This document shows positions 31,802 to 41,706 of a stretch of DNA of 64,000 bases, in pieces (the stretch's first letter is position 1; the number at the start of each line of letters is the position of its first letter). Source of the stretch: Gemmatimonadota bacterium. GTDB taxonomy: Bacteria > Gemmatimonadota > Gemmatimonadetes > Palauibacterales > Palauibacteraceae. The notes beneath the pieces are model-generated. The model made no database searches, had not been told where the DNA came from, and worked only from the letters and a program-made list of their open reading frames with translations. The translations under genes and the position numbers were made by a program. The DNA is taken from positions 21,585-85,584 of the forward strand of contig JAWOIN010000143.1 of assembly GCA_046484665.1 (NCBI GenBank), given 5' to 3'.

Positions 31802-32569
31802 TCAGTCGTCGGAGGCCTCGAGCTCCTCGATCGAGCCGAACCTCGTCAGCTCCTCCGCGAGATGGGCCAGACGCTCCCCGACCCGCCGGAGCCTGGCGAC
31901 ATCGTCCCGCAGCTCCGCGTCGCGGGAGCCGGCGTCCGCTGTGCAGCTCTCGAGGCTGCGGACGACGGCGTGCAGTTCCGCAGCGGGCCCCTGCAGGTCC
32001 TCGGTCGCGGACTGCGCGAGGCGCTCCAGGCGTTCGTTCACGAGCTCGAGCTCCGACAGGAGCCGGGCGCGGTCCATCTCCGCCTGGCGCCGCGACGTGA
32101 CGTCGCGGACGCCTCCCACGACGTGCATCGAGCCGCCGTCGTCGCTGTGCATCGGACGGGCGTAGTCGCGGATCCACCTCGTCTCGCCGCTTCGCGTCAC
32201 GATGCGGTACTCGACCGTGTCGGACCGGCCCGCCTGCAGCGCCGCCAGGTGCGCCCGCATCACGCCGCGATCGTCGGGGTGGAGCAGCCGGAGCCAGCCG
32301 TCGATCGCGCCGAGCTCGTCGGGCGCGAAGCCGCTCACACGCTGAATGCGGCTGCTCGTCCAGTCCGCCACGGCGCGGCCGTCGGGCTCGATGTGCAGGG
32401 AGTAGGCCCAGTCCGCCGTCACCTCGGAGATGGCGCGGTACTGCTCCGCCGCGCTCTCCCGGGGAGCCTCCGCGGGGGGCGGCGCGGCACGACCCGGCAC
32501 CGCGCCCGCTTCGTGCGGCGGGTGCGGCGGCCTCGCGTCTTGTCGGATCGGCAGGTCCATCGTTCTCAT
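31802..32569 (-). CDS. PAS-domain protein with degenerate HisKA-like helix
   Basis: WLRLLHPDD, EYRIVTRSGETRWIRD, RDVT.RR.AE. Confidence 0.75.
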   Translation of the reverse strand: MRTMDLPIRQDARPPHPPHEAGAVPGRAAPPPAEAPRESAAEQYRAISEVTADWAYSLHIEPDGRAVADWTSSRIQRVSGFAPDELGAIDGWLRLLHPDDRGVMRAHLAALQAGRSDTVEYRIVTRSGETRWIRDYARPMHSDDGGSMHVVGGVRDVTSRRQAEMDRARLLSELELVNERLERLAQSATEDLQGPAAELHAVVRSLESCTADAGSRDAELRDDVARLRRVGERLAHLAEELTRFGSIEELEASDD

Positions 32570-32931
32570 GCGTCCGTCACCCGGGCCCCCGGACTCCGAC
32601 CCGCTGCTCCCGACGGGAGACGGCCTGCGGGATCGGCCCGTGCGGGGCCCTGCAGTCCGCCGGGCAGGGAGGCAAGAGGCGAACCAGCGGGACCGGGGCG
32701 CGGCGGCGGCAGGCGACCGGCGCTTCCCGACGAGTCCGCCCGCGACTCCATCCCGTTGAGAATCCTTCGCATCGATCCGTGCGGGTTCGCCCGCGGCCGA
32801 CGGCGGTCGGTCGGGGTCCAGGGGCCGCGGCGCGCGACCCGGCGGCGCAGGGGCGACGTCATTTTGGCCCAATGTCGGACAGCGCCGGGGAGTGCCTGTC
32901 GGCACGCTCCGCCGGTCCATAGCGTGCCGGC

Positions 32932-33831
32932 ATGAGCCACCCGCACTGGCACGGCCGGAGCCGGAGAGCGCTCCGTACGGCGATCGCGGCGCTCGGGCCG
33001 CTGCTCGTCGCGCCTCCGGGCGGGCCTCCGGCGGTCGCGGCGCAGGAGGTCCCCGCGGCCGGGCCCATTACGCTGCGGATCGGCCCGCGCGCGGGCGCGC
33101 GTGCCGAGTACCGGTACGAGAAGCACCTCGACCTGCGGATGCCCCCGGAGCTGGGCGGCGACGTGACCACTCGCACCTCGCTCCGTCTCGCGCAGGAGGT
33201 CGAGGAGACTTCGCTCGATTCCGTCGCGCTCCGGGCGGAAATCCTCGAGGTCCGGTTCGAGGTCGAGCCGGCCCCGGCGGACCCTCCCGATCTCCGCGCC
33301 CTGGACGGCCTGCGGTTCCGGCTCGTCACGACCCCCGCGGGCCGTCTGCTTCGGGTCGAGATGCCCGGCGCCTCAGGGCCGCTCGGCCGGGCGCTGCGGG
33401 AACAGGTCGAGTCGTGGTTCCGGGAGCTCGGCTTCCCGGCGCTTCCGGCGGGCCCGGCCCGAGTCGGCGACGCGTGGACGGACACGACCCGGGTTCCGCT
33501 CGCGTCCCTGCTCGGACTCCGGAGCGAGGCGCAGGTGCTCGAGATCCGGACCACCACCCTGACCGGATTCGAGCGGGGGCCGGGCGGGCGCACGGCCCGG
33601 CTCGAGGTGCGGACGGAGTGGAGCGGGACGCAGGGACCCGTGGAGGCGCCGGACCTGCGAGTGGAGGGGTCGGGGACCCAGACCGTGGAGTTCGAGGCGG
33701 ACGCGGGCCGGTTCCGGCGAGCCGCCGGAACGAGCCGGGTCGTCGTGCTCCTGTTCGACGGAACCGGGGCCCCCGCCCGCCGGATCGAGGCCGCGGGCCG
33801 GCACGAGACGCGGCTCGTGAACGGCGGCTAG
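32932..33831 (+). CDS. Exported hypothetical protein
   Basis: Signal peptide, LPAGPARVGDAW motif, beta-rich. Confidence 0.7.
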   Translation: MSHPHWHGRSRRALRTAIAALGPLLVAPPGGPPAVAAQEVPAAGPITLRIGPRAGARAEYRYEKHLDLRMPPELGGDVTTRTSLRLAQEVEETSLDSVALRAEILEVRFEVEPAPADPPDLRALDGLRFRLVTTPAGRLLRVEMPGASGPLGRALREQVESWFRELGFPALPAGPARVGDAWTDTTRVPLASLLGLRSEAQVLEIRTTTLTGFERGPGGRTARLEVRTEWSGTQGPVEAPDLRVEGSGTQTVEFEADAGRFRRAAGTSRVVVLLFDGTGAPARRIEAAGRHETRLVNGG

Positions 33832-36134
33832 GGGACGATCCGCTCCGCCAGCGCGAACAGCCGGGTTCCGCGCTCGTAGGCCCGCTCCGCCTCGTCCGGC
33901 TCATCGCGCAGCCGGTGCGCTTCCCCGAGAGCGAGGTGCGCGATGTAGTACTGGGCGGGGATGCTCGCACGCGTCGACGGATCCGGCCACATCTGCCAGT
34001 CGAGCAGGTAGTCGAGCTGGAACACGTTCCACAGGAGGTCGTGCGTCCGCTCGAGGTCCACCCAGCGGACGCCGAACTGGGGATCGAGCGCCACCCGGTC
34101 GGCGGTCTCCTCCAGCGGTGCGTCCACCAGCTTGTACGCGAGTCCCTGCCTGACCATGTGGTCCTCGAGCTCCCAGACCTGGTAGACGGGCGGGGCCGTC
34201 GCCGCGAAGTAGACCGGGCGGTCGCCCAGCGACTCGCGGACGATCCGCAGCACGAGCAGGTCCGGATGGGTGAACACGCGGTCGTCCGGGTACGACTTCG
34301 GGAGGTTCTCCGAGAACCGGATCGTGAAGCCCGCCGGCGCCACCTCGTAGATCGGGATCGCGTCGATCTGCGCGTCGGTCAGCGAATGGATCGCCCGGCT
34401 CGGCGGCGTCGCCTCCGCGTCCCCGTACGGCTCGATCGCGCGGTCCCGGTCGAACGGGCGCTGACAGATCATCACCGTGGCGTCCGCGAACGAGCCCAGC
34501 GGATCCTCCCCCTCCGCGCACGGCGCCGTCAGCTGCCGGAGCTGCTTCGGATACCACTTCGTGCCGAGATAAGAGTGGACGATCACGGTGACATCGCGCC
34601 GGATGCCCTCCACCTCCTGGAGATACCAGAGCGGGAAGGTGTCGTTGTCGCCGTTCGTGAACAGAACCGCGTAGGGCTCGACCGACTGCAGCAGGTTGTA
34701 CGCCCAGTCACGCGCCGCGTAGTCCCCGCGCCGGTCGGCGAGCGGGAAGTTCAGCAGCAGCGGGATGAGGGCGACGCCCAGCAGCGGTGACGCGAGGCGC
34801 AGCCCGCTCCGTTCCGCAAGCGCCGCCTCGCCGGCGGCGTCCCCGGCGGCGTCCCCGGCGGACCGTCGGCCGAGCCGCCGGCCGAGCCGCTGCCACAGCG
34901 TCACGACGCCCATCCCCGCGTAGAGCCCCCAGAGGTTGAAGCTGAGGATGAAGAAGTAGTCCCGCTCGCGGACCTCGTGCCTCTCGATCGGAAGATCGGG
35001 CGCCTGCGAGTACCCGTACTTGAAGTTCAGGTAGTAGATCAGCAGGAGCGTGACCGTGAACAGCAGCACGGCGAAGTACACGAAGCTGTCGGGGTCCCCG
35101 CGCGCGTGCCGCCACAGTCCGACGAGTCCGAGCGCGACGAAGATCAAGGTGATGAAGTGCCGGGCCGGCGGCATCAGCGGGCGGGCCCACTGCCAGTCGA
35201 AGTACTGGAGCCAGTTCGCGACCTGCGCCGAGAACGGCGCCTGCCGCTCGGAGAGCGGCGGCTTCTGGTACTGGTCCCGCTTGATCGAGGCCGCCAGCGC
35301 GTCGCAGCGCGGCACCGGCGCGAGCGCCGAGACCGTCTCGCCGAAGTCGGGGACGAGGGCGGTCACCAGGCTCGAGCACTCGGGGTCCGCCTCGTCGATG
35401 ATCGGATTCTGCGCCGACCGGATCGGCACGAACGCCAGCTGCACCGTGTAGCCGGCGAGTAGGAACAGCACGCCGATCGCCAGCAGTCCGGGCCGGAGCA
35501 GCGTCCGCCACTGGTGCCACGCGAGGAAGACGAGCAGGGCGAGGGCCGGCATGATCGACATCTGGTGGTTCGTCCACCCGAGGCCGAGCAGGAACAGGAC
35601 GAGCACGAAGATCCGGTCGCCGCGCCAGCTGTCGCTGTGGTCCTCCCACAGCATCGCGAGGTAGGTGATCACGGCGACGAACAGCAGCGAGACCGTGTAC
35701 ACCTTCTCGTTCACGTTCGACTGTGTCCACACCGTGTACGCGGTCGCGCCGAGCAGGACCGAGAGGAACCCGGCGGCGAGCGCGATCCCGCGGTTCTCGG
35801 TGAAGTGCGCCCAGATCCGCATCACGGCGAGGAACCAGAAGCCCGCCGCCGCCGCCGACACCGTCGCGCTGAGCAGGTTGATCCGGGTCGCGACCTCGAG
35901 CCCGGTCCAGGCGGTGAGCAGCAGCCAGGTGCGGCCGATCAGCACGAACAGCGGGTTCCCCGGAGGGTGGGGAAGCCCGAGGATGTACGCCGTCGCGATG
36001 TACTCGGACGTGTCCCAGAACGCCGTCGTCGGCCCGAGCGTGAGCGCGTAGAGGAGCCACACCGCCGCCGAGGAGACGAGCGCCCAGGCCCAGACGGGAA
36101 GCCCGCCCACCCGCTGCCGTTCGATGCCCTTCAT
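33828..36134 (-). CDS. DUF2723/TMEM260-like GT-C membrane glycosyltransferase
   Basis: FWDTSEYI, LPHPPGNPLF, EVRERDYFF, FTNGDNDTFPLWY. Confidence 0.88.
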   Translation of the reverse strand: MKGIERQRVGGLPVWAWALVSSAAVWLLYALTLGPTTAFWDTSEYIATAYILGLPHPPGNPLFVLIGRTWLLLTAWTGLEVATRINLLSATVSAAAAGFWFLAVMRIWAHFTENRGIALAAGFLSVLLGATAYTVWTQSNVNEKVYTVSLLFVAVITYLAMLWEDHSDSWRGDRIFVLVLFLLGLGWTNHQMSIMPALALLVFLAWHQWRTLLRPGLLAIGVLFLLAGYTVQLAFVPIRSAQNPIIDEADPECSSLVTALVPDFGETVSALAPVPRCDALAASIKRDQYQKPPLSERQAPFSAQVANWLQYFDWQWARPLMPPARHFITLIFVALGLVGLWRHARGDPDSFVYFAVLLFTVTLLLIYYLNFKYGYSQAPDLPIERHEVRERDYFFILSFNLWGLYAGMGVVTLWQRLGRRLGRRSAGDAAGDAAGEAALAERSGLRLASPLLGVALIPLLLNFPLADRRGDYAARDWAYNLLQSVEPYAVLFTNGDNDTFPLWYLQEVEGIRRDVTVIVHSYLGTKWYPKQLRQLTAPCAEGEDPLGSFADATVMICQRPFDRDRAIEPYGDAEATPPSRAIHSLTDAQIDAIPIYEVAPAGFTIRFSENLPKSYPDDRVFTHPDLLVLRIVRESLGDRPVYFAATAPPVYQVWELEDHMVRQGLAYKLVDAPLEETADRVALDPQFGVRWVDLERTHDLLWNVFQLDYLLDWQMWPDPSTRASIPAQYYIAHLALGEAHRLRDEPDEAERAYERGTRLFALAERIVP

Positions 36135-36288
36135 GTCGTCCGCAGATCCGTGGAGGTCTCCAGCCGGCCCCCCGGAGGCGCGCCGGCGCGCGGCGAAATC
36201 TCTCCCGGGGGTACCGGAAAGCCGCGCAAGCTAACGCGGAAAGGGAGGCGGGGCCAAGCGCGCGAGGGAAGTGCGGCCGAACGCCCGC

Positions 36289-37785
36289 TCAGGGCCATAC
36301 GCGCGCGTCGACGACCGCGACGGAGCCGGCCGCGACGGAGAGCGAGCCGAGCGGGATGATCCGGGTCGCGGCGGGGCCCGCCTGGTCGAGGACGACCGAC
36401 AGCTCCACGGGTCCCGCCGGGACTCGGATGCGCGCGATCCGGAGGGCCCCCGGCAACAGGTGCCACGAGCGCAGGTCGGCGTGCTCGCTCGCGATCGCGG
36501 CCACGTTTCCGAGCAGGCCGACGACGTCCCCGAGCGTCTCGTCCTCTTCCTTCACGGCCTTCTTCGTGGCCTCGACGACGAGGTATTTCGTCGCGGCGCG
36601 GGCGACGGCCTTCGCCACGGTCCCGCCCAGCCTCCCCTCGAACTCCGCCGCATAGGCGGACGAGAGGTCGAGCGTCAGGCCCAGCGGGACGCTGTCGGCC
36701 CAGACGGCCGTCGCGGGGCCGGACGCGGGCAGCGACGCCAGGGGACCGGCCGGGTCCGGACCCCGCGCGCTCAGGCGGCCGCCCGTCACGCCGTCGCTCC
36801 GGCCCTGCAGCGCCGGCCATGCCGCCGTCACGACGAAGAGCGAGGAGCCGCGAGGCCTGTAGCAGCGCGAGGCGCGGTCGCCGACGTAGGACGCGCCCAG
36901 CACCCGGGCGGCCACGCACAGCCCGGCGTCGTACCTCGCTCCTTCGTCGCCGAACCCGAACGCGTCCCGGTCGCGACGGTAGATCGGGACGGCCGCGGAT
37001 CGCTGGACCCGGTGGGCGATGAACCCGGACTCCAGGATCAGGACGACCTCGGCGGAGTCCGTGCCGAGCGGCGCGGACCGATCGAGGCGCGCGGGGGTGA
37101 TGCCGACGAGGGCCCGGGCGAGCTGTCCGTCTCCCGTCAGGGTGTCGGGGTCGATCGGGGGGGCGGCCGGGTCCCAGCCGATCCAGGCGTTCCGGTAGGC
37201 CACCTCGGCGTCGTTCCACTCCCGGGCCGCCTCGAACACGGCGCCCGTGAAGTAGCGGAGAGCCCGCCGAAGATAGGTCTCCCCCGGATCGAACTCCATT
37301 TCCTCGCTGCCGTCGAGCAACGCGGCCAGCCGCCGCGCCTCGACCGCGGCCTCGTCAGGCTCCCGCAGCGCGAGGTAATTCAGGGCGCCGTAGTAGTGGA
37401 CCATCAGCCGCTCGACCCGCGGCGGACGGTAGGCGAGGATGCGATCGTTGGCGAGAAGCGAGAGCGCCGCGCGGGAAACGCTCCGGGTGTACCGCTCGTC
37501 GATCTCGAGCTCCGCCTCCTGCAGGAGCCGGTTGCTCTCGGCGTGCTCTCCCGCGTAGCGGAGCACGGCGGCACGGTGAAGGAGGCGGAGCAGGTCGTCG
37601 CCGGCGGCTCCCCCTGCCCCCTCCTCCGTCAGCTCGAGCGCGCGTTCGAACTCACCGGCGCGCGCGAGCCGCCGCAGGTCGGTGTCGAACCCGGTCATCC
37701 CCTCCGGCCCGGTGCCGTAGGGGCCGAACACGGCGCAACCGACGAGCGGAAGGCACGCGCAAAGCCAGAGGGCGTGCCTCGGCAT
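36289..37785 (-). CDS. COG3014-family lipoprotein
   Basis: LVGC lipobox, SNRLL..AE, YY.ALNYL...EAAVEARR, ADLRSWHLLP. Confidence 0.8.
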   Translation of the reverse strand: MPRHALWLCACLPLVGCAVFGPYGTGPEGMTGFDTDLRRLARAGEFERALELTEEGAGGAAGDDLLRLLHRAAVLRYAGEHAESNRLLQEAELEIDERYTRSVSRAALSLLANDRILAYRPPRVERLMVHYYGALNYLALREPDEAAVEARRLAALLDGSEEMEFDPGETYLRRALRYFTGAVFEAAREWNDAEVAYRNAWIGWDPAAPPIDPDTLTGDGQLARALVGITPARLDRSAPLGTDSAEVVLILESGFIAHRVQRSAAVPIYRRDRDAFGFGDEGARYDAGLCVAARVLGASYVGDRASRCYRPRGSSLFVVTAAWPALQGRSDGVTGGRLSARGPDPAGPLASLPASGPATAVWADSVPLGLTLDLSSAYAAEFEGRLGGTVAKAVARAATKYLVVEATKKAVKEEDETLGDVVGLLGNVAAIASEHADLRSWHLLPGALRIARIRVPAGPVELSVVLDQAGPAATRIIPLGSLSVAAGSVAVVDARVWP

Positions 37786-37791
37786 CGGTCC

Positions 37792-38595
37792 TCAGCGGGC
37801 CTGCCGCTCCAGGATCACGATCCGCTGCTGCGCCAGCGCGATCGCCTCGGCCATCCGGGCGGCCGCCTCCCCGCGCGCCTCGATCTTCTCGATCTCGAGG
37901 CGGTGCAGGAACAGCTCGTACTGGATCAGGGCGTCGTACGGCCGGAGGGCCTTGTCCAGCGCCTGGGCGATCTTGTAGTCGACCATCGGGTCGCCCGGCG
38001 TCAGGATGCTGACCCGGTCGTACCGGTTCAGCGCGCCCTCGAAGTCGCCGCGCGCGGCGAGCTCGTCACCCTCCCGCATCAGCTGATCGGCGACGGCGCG
38101 CGCGCGTCCCTCGGTGGTCGCGTCGAACGGCTCGTTCACGAGCCGCACGCCCTGGGCCTCCTCGTAGCCGTAACGGCTCACTCTCTCGTCCGCGAGCTGC
38201 ACCATCGCGACGTTGCCGACCGCGTCCCCGGGCACCGCCCGGACGTCCTTCGGCACCATCACGACCGAGCCGCCGGCCCGGCGGACCGACCAGGCGTCCT
38301 GCGTCGTGCCCGTGGCCGCGAGGACCTGCACTTCGTTCATCCCGAGGGCGATCTCGCCGCGCACCACCGCGTCGCAGATCTCGGGCGCGCAGTCCGCCAG
38401 CGCCTCGGCCCGCAGCGCATCGCGGCTCGCGTTCGCCTCGGCGCGCCTGCGATCCGCCTCCGCCGCGGCCGCCGCCACGGTGGCCGACGCGTCGGGCACG
38501 ACCTGGTCGTTCTCCATGATCGGCTGTTCGTGAACCTTCTTCGGCACGCACCCGGCGAGGAGCGCGAGCGCCGCCAGCATCGCAATGCGATTCAT
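37792..38595 (-). CDS. Lipoprotein with C-terminal TPR-like helices
   Basis: LAGC lipobox, IALGMNEVQV, TPR-like segment. Confidence 0.7.
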   Translation of the reverse strand: MNRIAMLAALALLAGCVPKKVHEQPIMENDQVVPDASATVAAAAAEADRRRAEANASRDALRAEALADCAPEICDAVVRGEIALGMNEVQVLAATGTTQDAWSVRRAGGSVVMVPKDVRAVPGDAVGNVAMVQLADERVSRYGYEEAQGVRLVNEPFDATTEGRARAVADQLMREGDELAARGDFEGALNRYDRVSILTPGDPMVDYKIAQALDKALRPYDALIQYELFLHRLEIEKIEARGEAAARMAEAIALAQQRIVILERQAR

Positions 38596-38635
38596 CTCAT
38601 CCTCCCTCGAGGAGGCCGCGGGTTTTCATGGTCCG

Positions 38636-39277
38636 TCAGAGGCCGAACGGCTTCCGCTCGATGTACTTCTTGATCTTGTGCTGTCCGGCCCAGACGACCG
38701 CGTTGCTCTCCAGGTCCACGAGGCGGGCGTCCACCTGGTAGAAGACGATCTTCTCCTTCCGGGTCGCGCCGACGCGCATCGTCTCCTCCTCGTCCTCGAT
38801 CGACTGGAGCTCTCCCTGAAGGATGTAGTCGGCCCCCAGTTCCTGCCCGAGGCGGGCTCGAGTGTCCGCGCGGGCGAATTCCTGCTGATCGTCGCGCTCG
38901 CCGCGGATCTGTGAGCGGTCGTCCCCGCTCGCCACGACGGTGACCGCCCCGGAGTTGATGTAGGCCGACTCCAGGTCGTTCACGAAGGTCTGGACGGGAA
39001 TGTGCTCGCTCGACCGGTTCCGGAAGTCGCCGACGATCACGGTCGGCGCCGCGCCGCCGCGAGCGCCGGAGTACCGCGAGAGCCAGGGCCCCGTCAGGCT
39101 CTGTTCGGTCAGCGCGTTGGCGACGAGGCGCGAGTCCGTGTCGTTCCAGCGGCCCGACAGGTCGGTGACCGTGCCCGGGTCGATGCGCGTCACCTGCTTG
39201 TTGGAGCAGCCCGCCGCCCCGAGCACGAGCAGGACGAGAGCCCCGGCCCAGCGGCCGGGAAGGTGAAACCTCTTCAT
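38636..39277 (-). CDS. lpoB: Penicillin-binding protein activator LpoB family
   Basis: AAGC lipobox, DLSGRWNDTDSRLVA, NRSSEHI, GADY. Confidence 0.8.
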   Translation of the reverse strand: MKRFHLPGRWAGALVLLVLGAAGCSNKQVTRIDPGTVTDLSGRWNDTDSRLVANALTEQSLTGPWLSRYSGARGGAAPTVIVGDFRNRSSEHIPVQTFVNDLESAYINSGAVTVVASGDDRSQIRGERDDQQEFARADTRARLGQELGADYILQGELQSIEDEEETMRVGATRKEKIVFYQVDARLVDLESNAVVWAGQHKIKKYIERKPFGL

Positions 39278-39522
39278 GATCCCTCCGGTCATTGCCCCGG
39301 AGCGCCGGGAGTCGGGGCGCTCCGGACGGTTACCGTCGCGAGCGGGTGCGGGCCGCGGCGGGCGAACGCTTCGCTCGAACGCGCGCTCCCTTGCACTTTA
39401 CACGCCGGGACCGGACGGGGATCCCGGCGTCCGGCGCGGTCCCGACCCGCCGGTCGCCGCCGCGGACGCGCGGAGGACACCGCGCGTTGACACCCGCGGC
39501 CCGGCGCGGAACACTTCGCTCC

Positions 39523-40263
39523 ATGCAAGAGCGAGACCTCGGCGCGCGGATCCGCGGGCAGATCGTGGACCCGGAGGGCAAGCGCCGGTACGTCCAGCGC
39601 CTGTTCGGCCGGATCGCGCGGCGCTACGACGTCACGAACGACATCATGTCGGCCGGCCTCCACAGGCGCTGGAAGCGGCTGGCGCTCCGGATCTCGGACG
39701 TCCGCGAGGGCCACGTGCTGCTCGACCTCGCGGCGGGAACCGGGGACTTCGCCCTCCGCGCGGCGCGGCAGGGGCGCGCCGGCCGGATCCTCGCGGGCGA
39801 CCTGACGGTCCCGATGATGCGGTCCGGGCAGCGTCGGCAGGGCGCGGACCGGGTGGCCTGGATCGGGTGCGACGCGCTCGCCCTCCCGCTGGCCGACGGG
39901 AGCGTGGACCGGGTGCTCGTGGGCTACGGGCTCCGGAACTTCGCCGACCTTCCGGCGGGCCTCGCGGAGATCCGGCGCGTGCTGCGGTCGGGGGGACGCT
40001 TCGTCTCGCTCGACTTCGGGCGCGCCGAGCCGGGCTGGCTCGACCTCGCCTACCTGCGCTGGCTGGAGCTCTCCACTGCGGCGGCGGGCTGGCTGCTTCA
40101 CCGGGACGTGGAGTCCTATCGCTACATCTCCGAGTCGCTGCGGCAGTACCCCGCCCAGCGCGGCGTCACCGAGCTCATGCAGCGGCTCGGATTCGTGCAC
40201 TGCGGGCACATCGATCTCGTCTACGGCGCCATGGCGATCAACTTCGGCGAGGCGCCGGCCTGA
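39523..40263 (+). CDS. Ubiquinone/menaquinone biosynthesis methyltransferase (UbiE/MenG)
   Basis: FGRIARRYD..NDIMS.GLH..WK, LDLAAGTGD, GYGLRN, YRYISES. Confidence 0.88.
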   Translation: MQERDLGARIRGQIVDPEGKRRYVQRLFGRIARRYDVTNDIMSAGLHRRWKRLALRISDVREGHVLLDLAAGTGDFALRAARQGRAGRILAGDLTVPMMRSGQRRQGADRVAWIGCDALALPLADGSVDRVLVGYGLRNFADLPAGLAEIRRVLRSGGRFVSLDFGRAEPGWLDLAYLRWLELSTAAAGWLLHRDVESYRYISESLRQYPAQRGVTELMQRLGFVHCGHIDLVYGAMAINFGEAPA

Positions 40264-40288
40264 TCCGCCGGCCTGATCCGCCTCCGCG

Positions 40289-40471
40289 TCAGCTTTCCCG
40301 CTGCTTCCAGATCGTCAGCTGCTTCTGCCCGGTCTCGCTGGCCTCGAGCCGCGCCGTCAGCGTGTCGCCGTCGTGAAGCCCGAGCTCGTCGCGCATGTCC
40401 TGGGGAATCGTGATCCTGCCGCCGCTTCCGACGGTGACGGTGGAGTAGGTCATGACGCGGTAGATGGCCAT
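40289..40471 (-). CDS. AbrB/MazE/SpoVT-family DNA-binding protein
   Basis: VTVGSGGRITIPQDMRDELGLHDGD. GGAGG SD. Confidence 0.85.
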   Translation of the reverse strand: MAIYRVMTYSTVTVGSGGRITIPQDMRDELGLHDGDTLTARLEASETGQKQLTIWKQRES

Positions 40472-40767
40472 GCTCGTTCCCTCCGGGGGGTATGCTCGGG
40501 GCGGGCCGGTCTCCCCCCTGGCGCGACGAGGGGCTCCCGGCGGTCGATACGCGCCGTGGCCGGTAGTATAGCACCGGATCCGTCCGCTCGGGAACCTCGT
40601 CCCCGTGAGTTCGCCCTTCCGGAACGTCGCCGTCGCTCGCCGGGTCCCGGATCGGTCGCATCGCTTGCCGGGCCCCGGAGCGGCGCCGAAGATGCCGGGC
40701 GGACGGGGGCCGGATCGCGCGGGCGCCGGCCGCGGGCCGACGTCGGACGAGGGACACGGAGGGACGT

Positions 40768-41706
40768 GTGAGCGATCTGGCGGTCCGGATGCGGGGGGTG
40801 GAGAAGAGCTACGGCGACACGCGCGCCGTGGAGGACCTCTCCTTCGATCTCCCCCTGGGAACGATCTGCGGCCTCCTCGGCCCGAACGGGGCCGGCAAGA
40901 CGACGACGATCCGCATCATCCTCGACATCGTCGGGCCGGACGCCGGGACCGTCGAGGTCCTGGGGCATCCCGTGAACCCCGACGTCCGAGACCGCGTCGG
41001 CTACCTGCCCGAGGAGCGCGGAATGTACCAGCGGATGCGGGTCGCCGAGCACCTCGCCTTCTTCGGCGCGTTGAAGGGGATGCGGCACGCGGAGGCCCTC
41101 CGGGAGGCGCGAGTCTGGCTCGAGCGCCTGGAGCTCGCCCACCGCGCCGACGACCGGGTGGAGACCCTCTCGAAGGGAATGCAGCAGAAAGTCCAGTTCA
41201 TCGCGACCGTGCTCCACCGCCCGGATCTCCTGATCCTCGACGAGCCGTTCGCCGGGCTCGACCCGATCAACGTGGACCTGCTGCGCGAAATCGTCCTGGA
41301 GCGGAAGCGCGACGGGGCGACGGTCCTGTTCTCCACCCACGCGATCGAGGACGCGGAGAAGATCTGCGAGCGGGTCTGCATGATCGCCGGCGCACGGAAG
41401 GTGCTCGACGGGAGCCTGCGGGAGGTGAAGGAGGCCTCCGGACGGCGACACGTGATCCTCTCGTACGAGGGCGACCCCGGCTTCCTGGACGACCCCGCGG
41501 TCGAGTCGGCGACGGACCACGGCCGCTGGGTGGAGATCCGGCTCGTCCCGGGGGCGGACCCGCAGTCGATCCTGCGCCGCGCGGTGGAGTCCGGCGTCCG
41601 GGTCGAGCGGTTCGAGCTCGCCGAGCCCTCGCTGCGGGAGATCTTCCTCGAGCGGGCCGGCCGGCGACGCGTCGCCCCGGGCGCCGGGGACGGAGGCGCG
41701 GCATGA
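40768..41706 (+). CDS. ABC transporter ATP-binding protein
   Basis: GPNGAGKTT, LSKGMQQK, ILDEPF. Confidence 0.93.
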   Translation: MSDLAVRMRGVEKSYGDTRAVEDLSFDLPLGTICGLLGPNGAGKTTTIRIILDIVGPDAGTVEVLGHPVNPDVRDRVGYLPEERGMYQRMRVAEHLAFFGALKGMRHAEALREARVWLERLELAHRADDRVETLSKGMQQKVQFIATVLHRPDLLILDEPFAGLDPINVDLLREIVLERKRDGATVLFSTHAIEDAEKICERVCMIAGARKVLDGSLREVKEASGRRHVILSYEGDPGFLDDPAVESATDHGRWVEIRLVPGADPQSILRRAVESGVRVERFELAEPSLREIFLERAGRRRVAPGAGDGGAA

